DNA from: Candidatus Altiarchaeota archaeon
GTDB taxonomy: Archaea; SpSt-1190
Direction: 5' to 3'
Assembly: GCA_018220935.1 (NCBI GenBank)
Contig: JAAOXU010000002.1
Location: 7,664-71,663 of the forward strand
DNA: 64,000 nt
A program made the translations under genes and the position numbers. How positions within the stretch are numbered: the first letter of the stretch is position 1; every line of letters starts with the position of its first letter. The notes beneath the pieces are model-generated. The model saw only the letters and a program-made list of their open reading frames with translations, did no database searches and had not been told where the DNA came from. Of this stretch, positions 44,459 through 54,188 are shown piece by piece.

Positions 44459-44995
44459 ATGGCAACAATATTAGGATACGGATCCTTGATGGATAAAAGT
44501 CAATTTGAGGCTTGGAAAAACCCGGTTCCTGTAACTGTCCACAATGTTAAGAGATCTTTTGCTAAAGACGCTTCAAGAGGTGCGTGGATGAATCATTCTA
44601 GTTATGTTTCTCCTATCTACACGGGTGTTCTTAGTGCTGAACTTAAATCTGGTTATGATACGTCTGCGGTGGCCTATGATATGGAAGATGCGGAAGTTGA
44701 AAAGTTAATGAATGATAGGGAGTTTGACTATGAACTCGTTGAGGTTGATTTTACGCCGTTATCTGACGAGTCTAAAATCCAAAAAGGGTTGATTATGATC
44801 CCAAATGTTCCAGATAAAATGAAAGACAATACACTTCCAATTTACAAATATATGGACGTTTGTTTGTCTGGTGCGGCTTCATGGGGTGAAGATTTTTTGA
44901 ATTTGTTTTTAGATACTACATACCTTGCTAACGGCAAAATAACGCTTAGAGATTATCTTGCGGTTGATTCGACCTACCACACTTCAAGTTACTAG
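44459..44995 (+). CDS. Gamma-glutamylcyclotransferase-like protein (ChaC/AIG2 fold), tentative
   Basis: The N-terminal ILGYGSLMDKSQFE, ..V.RSFA..SRG.., ..REFDYELVEV.. pattern resembles ChaC-like proteins. Confidence 0.4.
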   Translation: MATILGYGSLMDKSQFEAWKNPVPVTVHNVKRSFAKDASRGAWMNHSSYVSPIYTGVLSAELKSGYDTSAVAYDMEDAEVEKLMNDREFDYELVEVDFTPLSDESKIQKGLIMIPNVPDKMKDNTLPIYKYMDVCLSGAASWGEDFLNLFLDTTYLANGKITLRDYLAVDSTYHTSSY

Positions 44996-45010
44996 GTCTA
45001 AATTCAAGAA

Positions 45011-45029
45011 AGCTTCCCAAGCTAGTAAC
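45011..45029 (+). repeat. Exact 19-nt copy of the tRNA-Gly anticodon arm/variable region
   Basis: AGCTTCCCAAGCTAGTAAC is identical to 44256-44274. It is not part of any cloverleaf here. Confidence 0.8.
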
Positions 45030-45068
45030 TAAAGGAAAAATCTCACCAGACTAACTTAAATATCTAAA

Positions 45069-45497
45069 ATGTGCTCATTTTTTGTGAAAAACCTCGCACT
45101 AATCTTATTGGTGTTACTTGCTGGGTGTGTTACTAATGAGCGGACTTTTTCAAAATTAGGTACATCTGTTCAGCCTGTTGGAGTTCCTGAAATTGGAACT
45201 TTTGATGCTACAACTGAACAATATATTGTGAGTGATTTAGATGAAAGATATCATGTGAGTTATTTTCCAGTTGATGAAAAAACGTATCAAGACATAATGG
45301 GTACGGCAGCAAATGTTAGTGAGGAAGTTATTTCTAGTGTCACTGTTCACTTTAATTATCCTGGTGTAATCGATGATGAGCCTTTTGCACTAAACGCATT
45401 TATTGGTGGACACATGTATCAAGTTGGAACTGATTTTTCTGTAAAAAGAAAAGATGTTATGATTGATTTATTCAAATTTTATTTTGATCTAAGATAA
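45069..45497 (+). CDS. Putative lipoprotein
   Basis: Signal sequence with a lipobox-like LLAGC. No other motif. Confidence 0.45.
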   Translation: MCSFFVKNLALILLVLLAGCVTNERTFSKLGTSVQPVGVPEIGTFDATTEQYIVSDLDERYHVSYFPVDEKTYQDIMGTAANVSEEVISSVTVHFNYPGVIDDEPFALNAFIGGHMYQVGTDFSVKRKDVMIDLFKFYFDLR

Positions 45498-45505
45498 ATT
45501 TTAAT

Positions 45506-45658
45506 TTAACCTTTAGCTCTAATTACAAGGAATGAAATTAAAATTAAGATAATACCAATTACAATCATTCTAATATTAAATGAGAAACGTGATAATGTAA
45601 ATAAAAACCAATAAACGCCTTGTGTGATGAGTCCTAATATTATGAGTTCACCTGCCAT
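45506..45658 (-). CDS. Small two-TM membrane protein (50 aa), last gene of the MoxR operon
   Basis: Not in the ORF track. Manual translation: MAGELIILGLITQGVYWFLFTLSRFSFNIRMIVIGIILILISFLVIRAKG, ATG 45658 to TAA 45506. It lies 13 nt downstream of the DUF58 gene. Confidence 0.4.
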   Translation of the reverse strand: MAGELIILGLITQGVYWFLFTLSRFSFNIRMIVIGIILILISFLVIRAKG

Positions 45659-45671
45659 ACGTTTAGTTCTA

Positions 45672-47303
45672 CTAAGCATACATTAACCTCCATACAACTT
45701 TTTCTGGATTCACTTTTGGTATGACGTATGTTTTAGCTTTAGGCACTTTATCAAAGCTCGCAAATAATAATTGACTATGTTTAATTTTTGCAACTTTAAT
45801 TATTTCATCAACCATATTTTCTGTCATGCCTGGTGTAAGAACTAAAATTTTACCACTTTTTGTCATATTTTTCATAAAGCCTTTTATTGATGAATCAAAA
45901 CTATATTTTCTACTCCACTCAAACACACTTTTTGATTCTTTTAGTAACCCCGAGTAAAATAAAAATGATGATAATGAAATACCACTGTGTTTACATCTGT
46001 CTTCAATTTCTTCAACTTCGCTGCCCACAGCGTCCTTTAGAACGGCTCTAGCACCATCATGACTTAAACTTCTAAAATCAGACCAATGTCTAACCAAAAA
46101 TGACAGTAATTCCTTTTTCTTCGTTGAGTATTTTGCATATGAGTAATTTGGTGAAATTAAGTGAACTGAAATTTCAATATCTTTTCTTGTGAACGTTTCA
46201 ATAAATGCACGTGAGAATGCAAGAAGTGCTGCTTCTTCTTCCTTTGTTGCAAGTGGATTTGATAAATCAATTACAAGAATCCATCGATCTTCTGCTAAAC
46301 TGAAAAAATCTTTTTTTAACATTTTTCCACCCTTAGCTAATCCCTTCCACCATATTTTTGATATTGGATCTCCTGGTGAAAATTCTTTTATGCCTGCAAA
46401 TTCGAGTGAACTTCCACTTACCCTTTTTATTAAGTCTCCCGTTTCTCTAATTTGAAACGGGTTCTTATTATACAATACATTTTTTACTTTTATTTTTGGA
46501 AGGACTGTTATTTCAACTGGTTTAGTTGAAGTTTTAAAATATGTACTAAAAAAGAAGGGCATACTTGCAATTTCAAATTTTAACACATCAAAACGATAAT
46601 AACCCATGGGGAGTTTTGCAACCACCTCTAACTCGTGTTTTGTTTTTAGTAAATTTGATTTTACATGAGCACTTGCTTTAAATGGTAGTCGAGGATATGG
46701 GAGTAATGGAAGCTTAGATTCCATTAAAATTTTAAATTTAATTTCTTTCCCTTCTTCAAATACAGTATTAGTTAAGTCTGGCTTAATGGTTGAGAATTCA
46801 ACACTAAGCATTTTTATTAAGTGAACTAAAAAAAATGAAACTATCAAAGCTTCAAGTAAAAGTAAAAGGTCGGCATAGTAAAAGAAATAAAATGGTAGAT
46901 AAATTGGTAAAAGCCACGGGAGTGAACCAAAAAAAGTATTTAGTACTTGGCTCATATGTGTTCCTGACAAAGTTGGAAAAAGTAAGAGTACTAATACCAA
47001 AAGTGAATAAATTAGATTTTTTATTATTTTTCTTTTCTTTAGTCTGTACATTTCTTTTTCAATAAAACTTCTAGGGAGTGTTACCATCTTTATGGCAAAA
47101 AAAGCTGCTGAAGCTAGGACTCCTAGGGCTATAAAACGCAATATATTTGGGAGTATCATTGCAAATAATACCCAAATAAGGTCAAGATTCTTATTTGATA
47201 AGGTGAGCGATAATAATACATCTTTCCAGGGCATGGTAGAAACTAATAGTAATAATCCACCTATTGTTGCACGTTTTAAAATTAGTCTCCACTGTTTTCT
47301 CAT
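45672..47303 (-). CDS. DUF58-domain protein with N-terminal TM helices
   Basis: DUF58 core FAGIKEFSPGDPISKIWWKGLAKGGKMLKKDF. It shows the classic pairing with MoxR (4-nt overlap). Confidence 0.8.
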   Translation of the reverse strand: MRKQWRLILKRATIGGLLLLVSTMPWKDVLLSLTLSNKNLDLIWVLFAMILPNILRFIALGVLASAAFFAIKMVTLPRSFIEKEMYRLKKRKIIKNLIYSLLVLVLLLFPTLSGTHMSQVLNTFFGSLPWLLPIYLPFYFFYYADLLLLLEALIVSFFLVHLIKMLSVEFSTIKPDLTNTVFEEGKEIKFKILMESKLPLLPYPRLPFKASAHVKSNLLKTKHELEVVAKLPMGYYRFDVLKFEIASMPFFFSTYFKTSTKPVEITVLPKIKVKNVLYNKNPFQIRETGDLIKRVSGSSLEFAGIKEFSPGDPISKIWWKGLAKGGKMLKKDFFSLAEDRWILVIDLSNPLATKEEEAALLAFSRAFIETFTRKDIEISVHLISPNYSYAKYSTKKKELLSFLVRHWSDFRSLSHDGARAVLKDAVGSEVEEIEDRCKHSGISLSSFLFYSGLLKESKSVFEWSRKYSFDSSIKGFMKNMTKSGKILVLTPGMTENMVDEIIKVAKIKHSQLLFASFDKVPKAKTYVIPKVNPEKVVWRLMYA

Positions 47304-48220
47304 AATGCATCAACTTGACCCAAAATATCTTCAACCACACTCTTTGTAGTAACACCTTCAATTTCATTTTCTGGTTTTACCCCTATTCTGTGCTGCAGAA
47401 TTCTTATTGCATATTTTTTAACGTCACCAGGTGTAACATAGTTTCTTTCTTGTAAATATGCAACTGATCTACTTACAGTTAGTAGTGCAATCGATGCTCT
47501 TGGGGAGGGACCCCACGCAATTACTGGGTTCTCACGTAATCCATTCACAATTGATGCAATATATTCAACAATATTCTCTGAAACATAAATTTGATTAAGT
47601 TGCTCTCGTGCCTTTAAAATTTCTGCTTTATCAAAAATTTTTCCCAAATTCTTTTTTTCATTTGAAATTAACTTACCTATAATTAATTTTTCGTCATCTT
47701 TTGTTGGATAGTCAACATTAACTTTTAGTAAAAATCTATCAAGCTGTGCTTCTGGTAGTGGGTATGTTCCTTCCTGCTCAACTGGATTTTGTGTTGCAAT
47801 TACAATGAAAGGTAAATCTAAAGGATACGTAGTCCCTTCAATTGTTACTTGTTTTTCTTCCATGGCTTCTAGTAATGCACTTTGAGTTTTTGGACTGGCT
47901 CTGTTGATCTCATCTGCTAAAATTATGTTAGTAAATATTGGACCTTTTCTTATTTTAAATTCACTTTTTTTGGGGTCAAACATCATCGTTCCAACTATAT
48001 CAGTTGGTAAAAGGTCTGGGGTGAATTGAACACGCTTAAAGTCAGCACTGACTAATTTTGAAAATGTTTTTGCAAGTGTTGTTTTTGCCACTCCGGGGGG
48101 TCCTTCTAACAATACGTGACCCTTACATAAAATTGCCGTTAGAAGTGATTCTGTTATCTCTTCATATCCAACTAAAACCTGTTGTGAGCTTTCAATAAAA
48201 GCCTTGTATTTATTTTTCAT
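47300..48220 (-). CDS. moxR: MoxR-family AAA+ ATPase
   Basis: Walker A GPPGVAKT, Walker B ILADEINRA, ..VIATQNP.E.EGTYPLPEAQLDRF.. Confidence 0.9.
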   Translation of the reverse strand: MKNKYKAFIESSQQVLVGYEEITESLLTAILCKGHVLLEGPPGVAKTTLAKTFSKLVSADFKRVQFTPDLLPTDIVGTMMFDPKKSEFKIRKGPIFTNIILADEINRASPKTQSALLEAMEEKQVTIEGTTYPLDLPFIVIATQNPVEQEGTYPLPEAQLDRFLLKVNVDYPTKDDEKLIIGKLISNEKKNLGKIFDKAEILKAREQLNQIYVSENIVEYIASIVNGLRENPVIAWGPSPRASIALLTVSRSVAYLQERNYVTPGDVKKYAIRILQHRIGVKPENEIEGVTTKSVVEDILGQVDAL

Positions 48221-49209
48221 CCTCCGACCCTCCTAAGTGTTAATGCGAGAAAAATTGCCCCTGCACCAATTAGATAATATCCTATGTCTTTTGGCATATA
48301 ATCCCACATAGTTTTTGTTATCATTTCTTTTGCTGCTTTACCAAATTCACTTTTTACTTCGTCTCCAATATTACTCTCTTTTATGGCGTCTCCCATTTTG
48401 TCTAATGTTCCGTCTCTTGCAAGCTCTCTCATGTAATCTCTTGCAATCTTGTAAATGGCATCATAATCTAATTCCTTTAGTAATTTGTATAAAAGCTCCA
48501 TTTCTTCCTTCCCAATATTATTTTTTATTTGATCAAGTGCTTTTCTTGTTATATCTTCATTAATCTCACCTAGTTTACTTTGGATTTCATCTAGGGTTTC
48601 TTGATCTAGATACTTACTCAAATCCTCATCATTGATTTTGTTTAATGCATCTAGTATTTCGTCATAGTGTGAATAACCAACTTCCCCCATATCAATTGCA
48701 TCATACATATTCAAAAATTCATTTGCTAGATTTGGATCTAGATTGTCAAGAAAGTCAATAGCTTCACTAGCACTATCGAGTCCAAGACCATCTTCTAAAT
48801 AATTTTCTAGACTGCCATATCTTTGTGAATAATATGCATATTTTAGAAAGTCTTCGTCACGTAAAATTTCGTCATCAAAATTCATACCACCTTCAATTCT
48901 TAATAACGCCATTTCTTTAGCTGCTAATTCCATTTGTGAACTACCTATGACAAGACCATCATTTCCGGGTATAAGTGTTAAATTACCATAGGTTATACTA
49001 TCCTTAAAAGTTCCATTTTCAATGAATCCATATGGGATACCTAATTCATCAAAAAGTACAAATTTTTCTTGTAATTCTAATTCACCTAAAGCTGAAGGCA
49101 AAAAGGAAGTTGCAATAATGGTTTTGTTATCATCTGGGAATATTACTTCACTAAACCCACTAGATAGAACGGAACTGATCATAAAGATAAGTAACAGTTT
49201 TCTGCTCAT
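48217..49209 (-). CDS. Secreted acidic protein with C-terminal TM anchor, unknown function
   Basis: Signal peptide MSRKLLLIFMISSVLSSGFS and C-terminal YYLIGAGAIFLALTL. It overlaps the upstream ORF by ~50 nt. Confidence 0.5.
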   Translation of the reverse strand: MSRKLLLIFMISSVLSSGFSEVIFPDDNKTIIATSFLPSALGELELQEKFVLFDELGIPYGFIENGTFKDSITYGNLTLIPGNDGLVIGSSQMELAAKEMALLRIEGGMNFDDEILRDEDFLKYAYYSQRYGSLENYLEDGLGLDSASEAIDFLDNLDPNLANEFLNMYDAIDMGEVGYSHYDEILDALNKINDEDLSKYLDQETLDEIQSKLGEINEDITRKALDQIKNNIGKEEMELLYKLLKELDYDAIYKIARDYMRELARDGTLDKMGDAIKESNIGDEVKSEFGKAAKEMITKTMWDYMPKDIGYYLIGAGAIFLALTLRRVGG

Positions 49210-49597
49210 CGCTTATTCCACCCCCATATTTTTTGCTTTCAAATCCTTTGAAAATATTTGCTATAATTTTTTTCTCTTCCCCTTCTAAACTTTCAAGTAT
49301 TTTTTCTCTTGCTCTAAACCCTTCCCCATCATCATGAGAAATTTTACCTTTGTGTAAGTAAGTATTAATTACATATTCATACAAAGTTTCAAGACTGCTT
49401 GTGTCTCCTTCTTTTAATTTAACAAACCATTTTCTTATCCACAAAAATAATTTCCGGTCCGGTCTTTTTGCACCGAAAAATTTAGAGAAAACGTATGAGA
49501 CAATTAAAAGAATTAAAAAAACGTCAACTACTAAAACTAACATTAGTAATGGGCTTTCAATCATAACTTTTAGAATATCTCCAATCATCAAATCCAC
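49160..49597 (-). CDS. Small N-terminally anchored protein (DUF4129-like, tentative)
   Basis: N-terminal TM. The C-terminal ..FRAREKILESLEGEEKKIIANIFKGFESKKYGG.. is reminiscent of DUF4129 proteins found in MoxR/DUF58 operons. Confidence 0.35.
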   Translation of the reverse strand: MDLMIGDILKVMIESPLLMLVLVVDVFLILLIVSYVFSKFFGAKRPDRKLFLWIRKWFVKLKEGDTSSLETLYEYVINTYLHKGKISHDDGEGFRAREKILESLEGEEKKIIANIFKGFESKKYGGGISDEQKTVTYLYDQFRSI

Positions 49598-51102
49598 TTC
49601 CTAATTAACATGAACCCTATAGCTAGAATGGCCGTCAAAGTAGTTAAGATTATCGCAGCTTGTATTTCTTCGGTTTCTGAGAGTAGTGTGATGTTTATTT
49701 CACCTTTTTCTTTAACATCTTTGTATCCTTCTGCAACACATTTAACCGAAAAACTGAAGTCCCCTGATTCATTTAGTTGAACTTCAAAAGTTCCTTCACC
49801 AAATAGGTAATTATTATCTGTTACTTTAGTTATCCTAACTCCACTAGGCGACAAAAGAGTTCCTTCCAAATCACAATCAGCTTGAATTTTTGGGAAAACT
49901 GTAGCCTCAATACTAACAAATTCCCCTTCTTTAGCGTCTGGTGGGTGTTTTAGATTTAAAGTAATCTCAATAGGCTTTATATCAAAAAGTGCTACACCTT
50001 CAAATGTTTTGTATCCATACTTTGAGCAAGATACTGAAACGCTAGTTTCAAGTGGTCCTGCAGGTGCCTTAAAATACGCTTCTTTGGAGCTTTTTACGGT
50101 CTTAGTAACGTCTTCTAGTATTAATTCACAATCCCCATTAGTTATTGGATTCCAATTTTTATCATAGTAATTTGGCTTTATTGAAAATTGTTGAAATGAA
50201 AAAGGTCTCTCAGTTGAGAACTGTAATTCAACTCTTGTCTCAACTTCACTTGATATGAATTTTATATTTTCTGAGTTAGAATCGTAGCCTGGTGCAGAAC
50301 AATATACTTGAATATCCTTTTCTCCAAGAAAATCAATTTCTGCTGTTAATGTGTAATAGTATGATGATGTTTTTACCATATTACCTTGATCTGAATAACA
50401 TGTAGTAGTGTATGGTGAGATTGCAATTGAGATACTTCTGTAATCTCCAAAATTACCTTCAACTGAGGTTTCTGTTGGGGTAATAGTCACTGGTACTTTG
50501 TTTATGTCAAAATTTTGAGATCTACTTTGACTGGTGTGGTATGAGTCACTACAGTCAATATCAACATCATGATATCCACTATTAACTACAGTATAATATC
50601 CTCTAAATTCCCTTGACCCTGAATCATAAAATAAATTTAGACTCTCATATGCCCCTTCGTCAGGATCAATATAAGCAGTACAATATCCTGATGTTATGGG
50701 ATCATCACTCATGTCTTTGTAATCTGCACTAATTGTCAAAGTATCTCCAATTCGAGAAACTGAACTTAAACTCATAAAAATTTTGGAATTAGGATTTACT
50801 TCAAACACTTTTTGATCCTCGTCCCCATAACAATTAACTGTTGCTATGCGTGTTCCTGTTGAGCTAAATGATGTCGTTGATTCTGCTCTGTCTGTGTAAA
50901 TATCCATGATGTAGAATTGCTCAATATTTTCACCTTTTTTTATTTCAAGACTACAAGTTGGACTAGTCACGGGTGTTAGTCCATCCAGAACTACGGCACT
51001 AATTATCCAATCCTCATATACATCAACACTAGCACTCGCACTTATGTCCACAGTATATGCAAAAACTGGTAAGAATAATAGTGCAAATACGAGTGCTTTC
51101 AC
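49588..51102 (-). CDS. Secreted beta-rich surface protein with C-terminal TM anchor
   Basis: Signal peptide MKALVFALLFLPVFA, repeated Cys-containing Ig-like segments (..VNCYGD.., ..IDCSDS.., ..VYCSAPGY.., ..VSCSKYGY.., ..VKCVAEGY..), and a C-terminal TM. Confidence 0.55.
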   Translation of the reverse strand: MKALVFALLFLPVFAYTVDISASASVDVYEDWIISAVVLDGLTPVTSPTCSLEIKKGENIEQFYIMDIYTDRAESTTSFSSTGTRIATVNCYGDEDQKVFEVNPNSKIFMSLSSVSRIGDTLTISADYKDMSDDPITSGYCTAYIDPDEGAYESLNLFYDSGSREFRGYYTVVNSGYHDVDIDCSDSYHTSQSRSQNFDINKVPVTITPTETSVEGNFGDYRSISIAISPYTTTCYSDQGNMVKTSSYYYTLTAEIDFLGEKDIQVYCSAPGYDSNSENIKFISSEVETRVELQFSTERPFSFQQFSIKPNYYDKNWNPITNGDCELILEDVTKTVKSSKEAYFKAPAGPLETSVSVSCSKYGYKTFEGVALFDIKPIEITLNLKHPPDAKEGEFVSIEATVFPKIQADCDLEGTLLSPSGVRITKVTDNNYLFGEGTFEVQLNESGDFSFSVKCVAEGYKDVKEKGEINITLLSETEEIQAAIILTTLTAILAIGFMLIRKWI

Positions 51103-51175
51103 AATAAATCAAGTATTGGGGTGTAAATAAGCGTTTTACACAAGTTTAGTCAAAAAACTGTATAAATTATACGTT

Positions 51176-52372
51176 TTATAAGTTCAAATACTGGGTTTCA
51201 AGCTGCTTTTTGCTGTCAATTATGCCAATTGGTGCTGTAGTTTTGAGATACGTCCCTTCTGCTTTAGGTTCTTTAGTGTATATACTTTGTATTTCGTCAT
51301 GCGCTAAGTCTAATAGTTCTTGGAAAAATGTTGCGTATTTGTCTTTATGATTTTGGGTACTGTGTAAATGTTCTACTGTGTCTTGTGCTCCTTTTGAATT
51401 TAAGACGTTTTTTGCAACATTGTATAAATGATCTTTTGAAATTTCAATATTTCTTGACTTCAATCCTGCTTCAATTTTGTCTGCAAAATCTTCAATTTTT
51501 AGTGCGGCAGTCATCTCATAATTACCAAATTCACTACCTACAATTATACGATATCTATCGTTTAGTGCGCTTTTTGTTTGAGCATATGCTTCGCTAAAAA
51601 GATTTTCTAAATTTTTCTCAAAATTTATAATATCTGGATATACAATTGACTTTGCATAATCTGAAGATAAAAAACTCATGACCGTTTTTAGTTTCTGTGA
51701 GAAAATTTCACCAAAATTATTTACTTCTGATAATTCCTTTATTCTATCCAGGTAATTTCTATTAACTTGTGCGAGATGTTCTAAACTGGTTGGATTTTCA
51801 TATTGGAGTATCGTTATATCTTCATGACTATGTGCTCTTCCAATGCTGACGTCTCTGAAACTTTCAAAAAGTGTTTTTAGTGCCATACCTACTACAAGTT
51901 CTGGACCTAGGGGATTACTTGAATATGTTCTTATTGCATCTTCGAGTTCGTTTATTGGATTTTTGATGTTATCATGATATGCCCAAACAACTGCATTATT
52001 TCCAATATCACTCATCATATTGTCGACGTATCCTTGTATGCCGTCTAATACAGTCTTATCATCTAATGAAATTACCGGCATTTGTGAAATTAAGTTAGCT
52101 GTACTCCCTGGTGTATTAACCTCATTAATTCTGCTTTCTGCCGCAATTACTGCTGAGCGAAAAGCAAGACCATATGCTTCTGGAATTCCTAACGTAGCAT
52201 ATTTTTGTATAGTTTCTACAACTGAATCTGAATTTAAAATTGAATCACCTATAACATTTTTATCTACAGTTCCTGCACTTAGTTTACTATTGTTTAAAAT
52301 TAATTTTTCAGCAAAATCATTAGCGGTATAGTAATTCTCCCCTAAAATTGCTTGATATTGTTCCCCTAACAC
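51176..52372 (-). CDS. Hypothetical soluble protein (398 aa)
   Basis: Long ORF with helical-looking composition and no motif recognised. Confidence 0.45.
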   Translation of the reverse strand: MLGEQYQAILGENYYTANDFAEKLILNNSKLSAGTVDKNVIGDSILNSDSVVETIQKYATLGIPEAYGLAFRSAVIAAESRINEVNTPGSTANLISQMPVISLDDKTVLDGIQGYVDNMMSDIGNNAVVWAYHDNIKNPINELEDAIRTYSSNPLGPELVVGMALKTLFESFRDVSIGRAHSHEDITILQYENPTSLEHLAQVNRNYLDRIKELSEVNNFGEIFSQKLKTVMSFLSSDYAKSIVYPDIINFEKNLENLFSEAYAQTKSALNDRYRIIVGSEFGNYEMTAALKIEDFADKIEAGLKSRNIEISKDHLYNVAKNVLNSKGAQDTVEHLHSTQNHKDKYATFFQELLDLAHDEIQSIYTKEPKAEGTYLKTTAPIGIIDSKKQLETQYLNL

Positions 52373-52440
52373 ATAATTCCTTATTTTTTCCTATTTATAT
52401 TCTTTACTCATGAGTAATAAACTTAAGGGGAAATGAATAA

Positions 52441-52692
52441 ATGTATCCTGTTTCTAGTTTTGAAATGTCTGTAATTTACGATTCTTCTGCTGTTTTTGAG
52501 TATTATACTCACTTAAAGGCAAAAGGTGGGATAAAAATACCGTTTAAACAAGCAATTGAGGTATTTGGTATTAAAAAGGCAGTTGAATCCCTAGATGCAA
52601 AATTCAAAACTGAAATAATTTATGTAGTACCAAGCCTTAGTGGGAATAAAGGTCCACTTGAGATTAATGGTAAAAAATTTTATGAGTATTGA
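52441..52692 (+). CDS. Hypothetical small protein (83 aa)
   Basis: ORF only. Confidence 0.3.
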   Translation: MYPVSSFEMSVIYDSSAVFEYYTHLKAKGGIKIPFKQAIEVFGIKKAVESLDAKFKTEIIYVVPSLSGNKGPLEINGKKFYEY

Positions 52693-53372
52693 TGTGCTAA
52701 CTTTATTACGTCTTTTGGGGTGAGTTCTCTTACCTTTTTTTGTATACCACACGGAGTGTATCCACCAAACTTTAGTGCATTGTCAACTGTCTTATTTGGA
52801 TATGGAAACACACGTCTGATAAAGTCTTCACATTTAATAAATTCTTCCCACATATTAGGCTCAAGTCTTATTACTGATAACCACACTCTTGGTTGCGGAC
52901 TAAATACTGTTGGTGGAAAACTTTTCAGTAATTCTAATTTAAATCTAATTTGACTTGAAACACTAAGTCTGCCGTATCCACTCTCTCCTGCAAGGGTTAC
53001 CATTTTTTTAGCAAACTCTTTTTGAAGCCCTAAGACTGCTGGTTTTTTCGGCAGTGAAAAAATCAATTTACTTGATATGTAAAAAGGAACATTTGAGACT
53101 ACAATATCACACTTTGGAAAACCAGTCTCTAGTACATCCCCATATATGATTTCGGCACCAATATTTTTTAGGTGTGGTTTTAGTGATTCGTCCTTTTCTA
53201 TTGCAATGACTTTTTTTGCATTTTTTACTAAGTACTTAGTTATCATACCTTTTCCTGGACCAACTTCAACTACCGTTTCTTTACCGGTTAACTTGGCGGC
53301 ATCACTGATAAATTTTGCAACTTCTTCACTGTTTAGAAAGTGCTGACCTAGTTTTTGTCCCACATTAATCAC
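52680..53372 (-). CDS. rsmA: 16S rRNA (adenine-N6,N6)-dimethyltransferase KsgA/Dim1 (short form)
   Basis: GQHFL and SAM motif VVEVGPGKGMIT, NVPFYISS. Confidence 0.85.
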   Translation of the reverse strand: MINVGQKLGQHFLNSEEVAKFISDAAKLTGKETVVEVGPGKGMITKYLVKNAKKVIAIEKDESLKPHLKNIGAEIIYGDVLETGFPKCDIVVSNVPFYISSKLIFSLPKKPAVLGLQKEFAKKMVTLAGESGYGRLSVSSQIRFKLELLKSFPPTVFSPQPRVWLSVIRLEPNMWEEFIKCEDFIRRVFPYPNKTVDNALKFGGYTPCGIQKKVRELTPKDVIKLAHQYS

Positions 53373-53403
53373 TGACTTCTTATCTTAAATATGGGTTGCT
53401 TTA

Positions 53404-54168
53404 GTGAACTTTGTGGAAGTATTAAGTCCTCCAAGAAAAAAACGTCTTAGTGGTGATTATTGGTTTATTCATGGTAATGACAAAAAAAATCAATTTATTT
53501 TTACCTTTGGCACAGCTAGACGCAATATACACGTAAATGGAAAAAGTGCACAAGATCCAAATTATGCCGCACTTTTTTGGGGTTATTATGATGGTGAGAA
53601 AATAATAAAATTCGAAGATTCCTTTCCTTTAGATTTTCCCCCAACTGAACCGTTTGTATTCAAAAAAACTAAAGCTGGATACTTGTTTGAGTATCAAGAT
53701 ACTAGACTGAGGTTCTTAGAGTCATATGCCCCTTCAGTTGATGGAAAAATTTTAACTAACCATATCAAAAATGAATACTTAGTTGTTAAGGGTAAATTAT
53801 TTGGTAAAAAGTTTAATGGGAAGTCTTATGTGCAAAAGGTTGAAGTGAATACTCCTTTAAAATCTTGGGACTGGTTGAGGTTTCAAGGGGAGACTGTTGG
53901 TACTATGTTTCATATACTAAAAAAACCGACACTATTTTTTAATAAAAAAAGTTACAAAGTTAATATTACTGCAAGTGATGGACACATTAAACTAAAATCA
54001 AATGAAGTTGATTTAGAAGCAGTACCATATGCACATCATCGCGTACTTATTAGGGGTCTAACTGTTTTCAAGTATGATGAATTTTTTGTTGAGGTCAAAG
54101 GAACAATTGGTAAAAAAGAAATCCATGAATTTGGTATGAGTGAGGAAGCGAGAGGAATTGTTTTTTAA
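53404..54168 (+). CDS. Hypothetical protein (254 aa)
   Basis: ORF only, with beta-rich composition. Confidence 0.4.
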   Translation: MNFVEVLSPPRKKRLSGDYWFIHGNDKKNQFIFTFGTARRNIHVNGKSAQDPNYAALFWGYYDGEKIIKFEDSFPLDFPPTEPFVFKKTKAGYLFEYQDTRLRFLESYAPSVDGKILTNHIKNEYLVVKGKLFGKKFNGKSYVQKVEVNTPLKSWDWLRFQGETVGTMFHILKKPTLFFNKKSYKVNITASDGHIKLKSNEVDLEAVPYAHHRVLIRGLTVFKYDEFFVEVKGTIGKKEIHEFGMSEEARGIVF

Positions 54169-54188
54169 CTCCCCCTAAACTAAAACGT

